A stretch of 62,637 bases of DNA, from NCBI RefSeq assembly GCF_000002075.1, contig NW_004797352.1:599117-661753 (forward strand), in the 5' to 3' direction. The DNA is from Aplysia californica (taxonomy: Eukaryota). Below, one piece after another: positions 62,570 to 62,637 of the stretch. The notes under the pieces were generated by a model that saw only the letters and a list, made by a program, of their open reading frames with translations, did not search any database and was not told where the DNA came from. Every line of letters begins with the position of its first letter. Position 1 is the first letter of the stretch. The translations under genes were made by a program, and so were the position numbers.

Positions 62570-62637
62570 GAGGAGAGGGAAGAGGAGGAGGAGGAGGTGT
62601 AGGTGTAGAAGAAGAAGAAGAAGAAGAAGAAGAAGAA
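62570..62637. repeat. Purine-rich (GAG)n/(GAA)n microsatellite
   Basis: Directly visible. Confidence 0.9.

Overview
AT-rich metazoan (invertebrate) genomic DNA with two assembly gaps. The lineage may be molluscan, but this is only an inference. Most of the window is one minus-strand gene encoding a PARP14-like macro-PARP. I traced 17 coding exons from the ATG at 56393 down to 4696. Every junction is GT-AG and phase-consistent, giving 3622 nt (at least 1207 aa). The architecture is RRM-like repeats, a KH-like region, then three macrodomains. The WWE and PARP catalytic part would lie beyond the window start, so it cannot be confirmed here. The upstream region (about 58.1-62.6 kb) holds candidate non-coding first exons and clustered ISRE/IRF, GAS/STAT and NF-kB consensus sites, resembling a vertebrate interferon-stimulated gene. 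The introns carry many nested transposons. These include a Ty3/gypsy LTR element lacking protease and RT, a decayed Sola1-type transposase element, and several GTG...CAC MITE families with AWWT target duplications. There are also piggyBac-, hAT- and Tc1/pogo-type MITEs, CR1/L2, RTE and RNase-H-bearing LINE fragments, and tRNA-derived SINE remnants. The palindromes TAGGCCTA and TAGATCTA are strongly over-represented.
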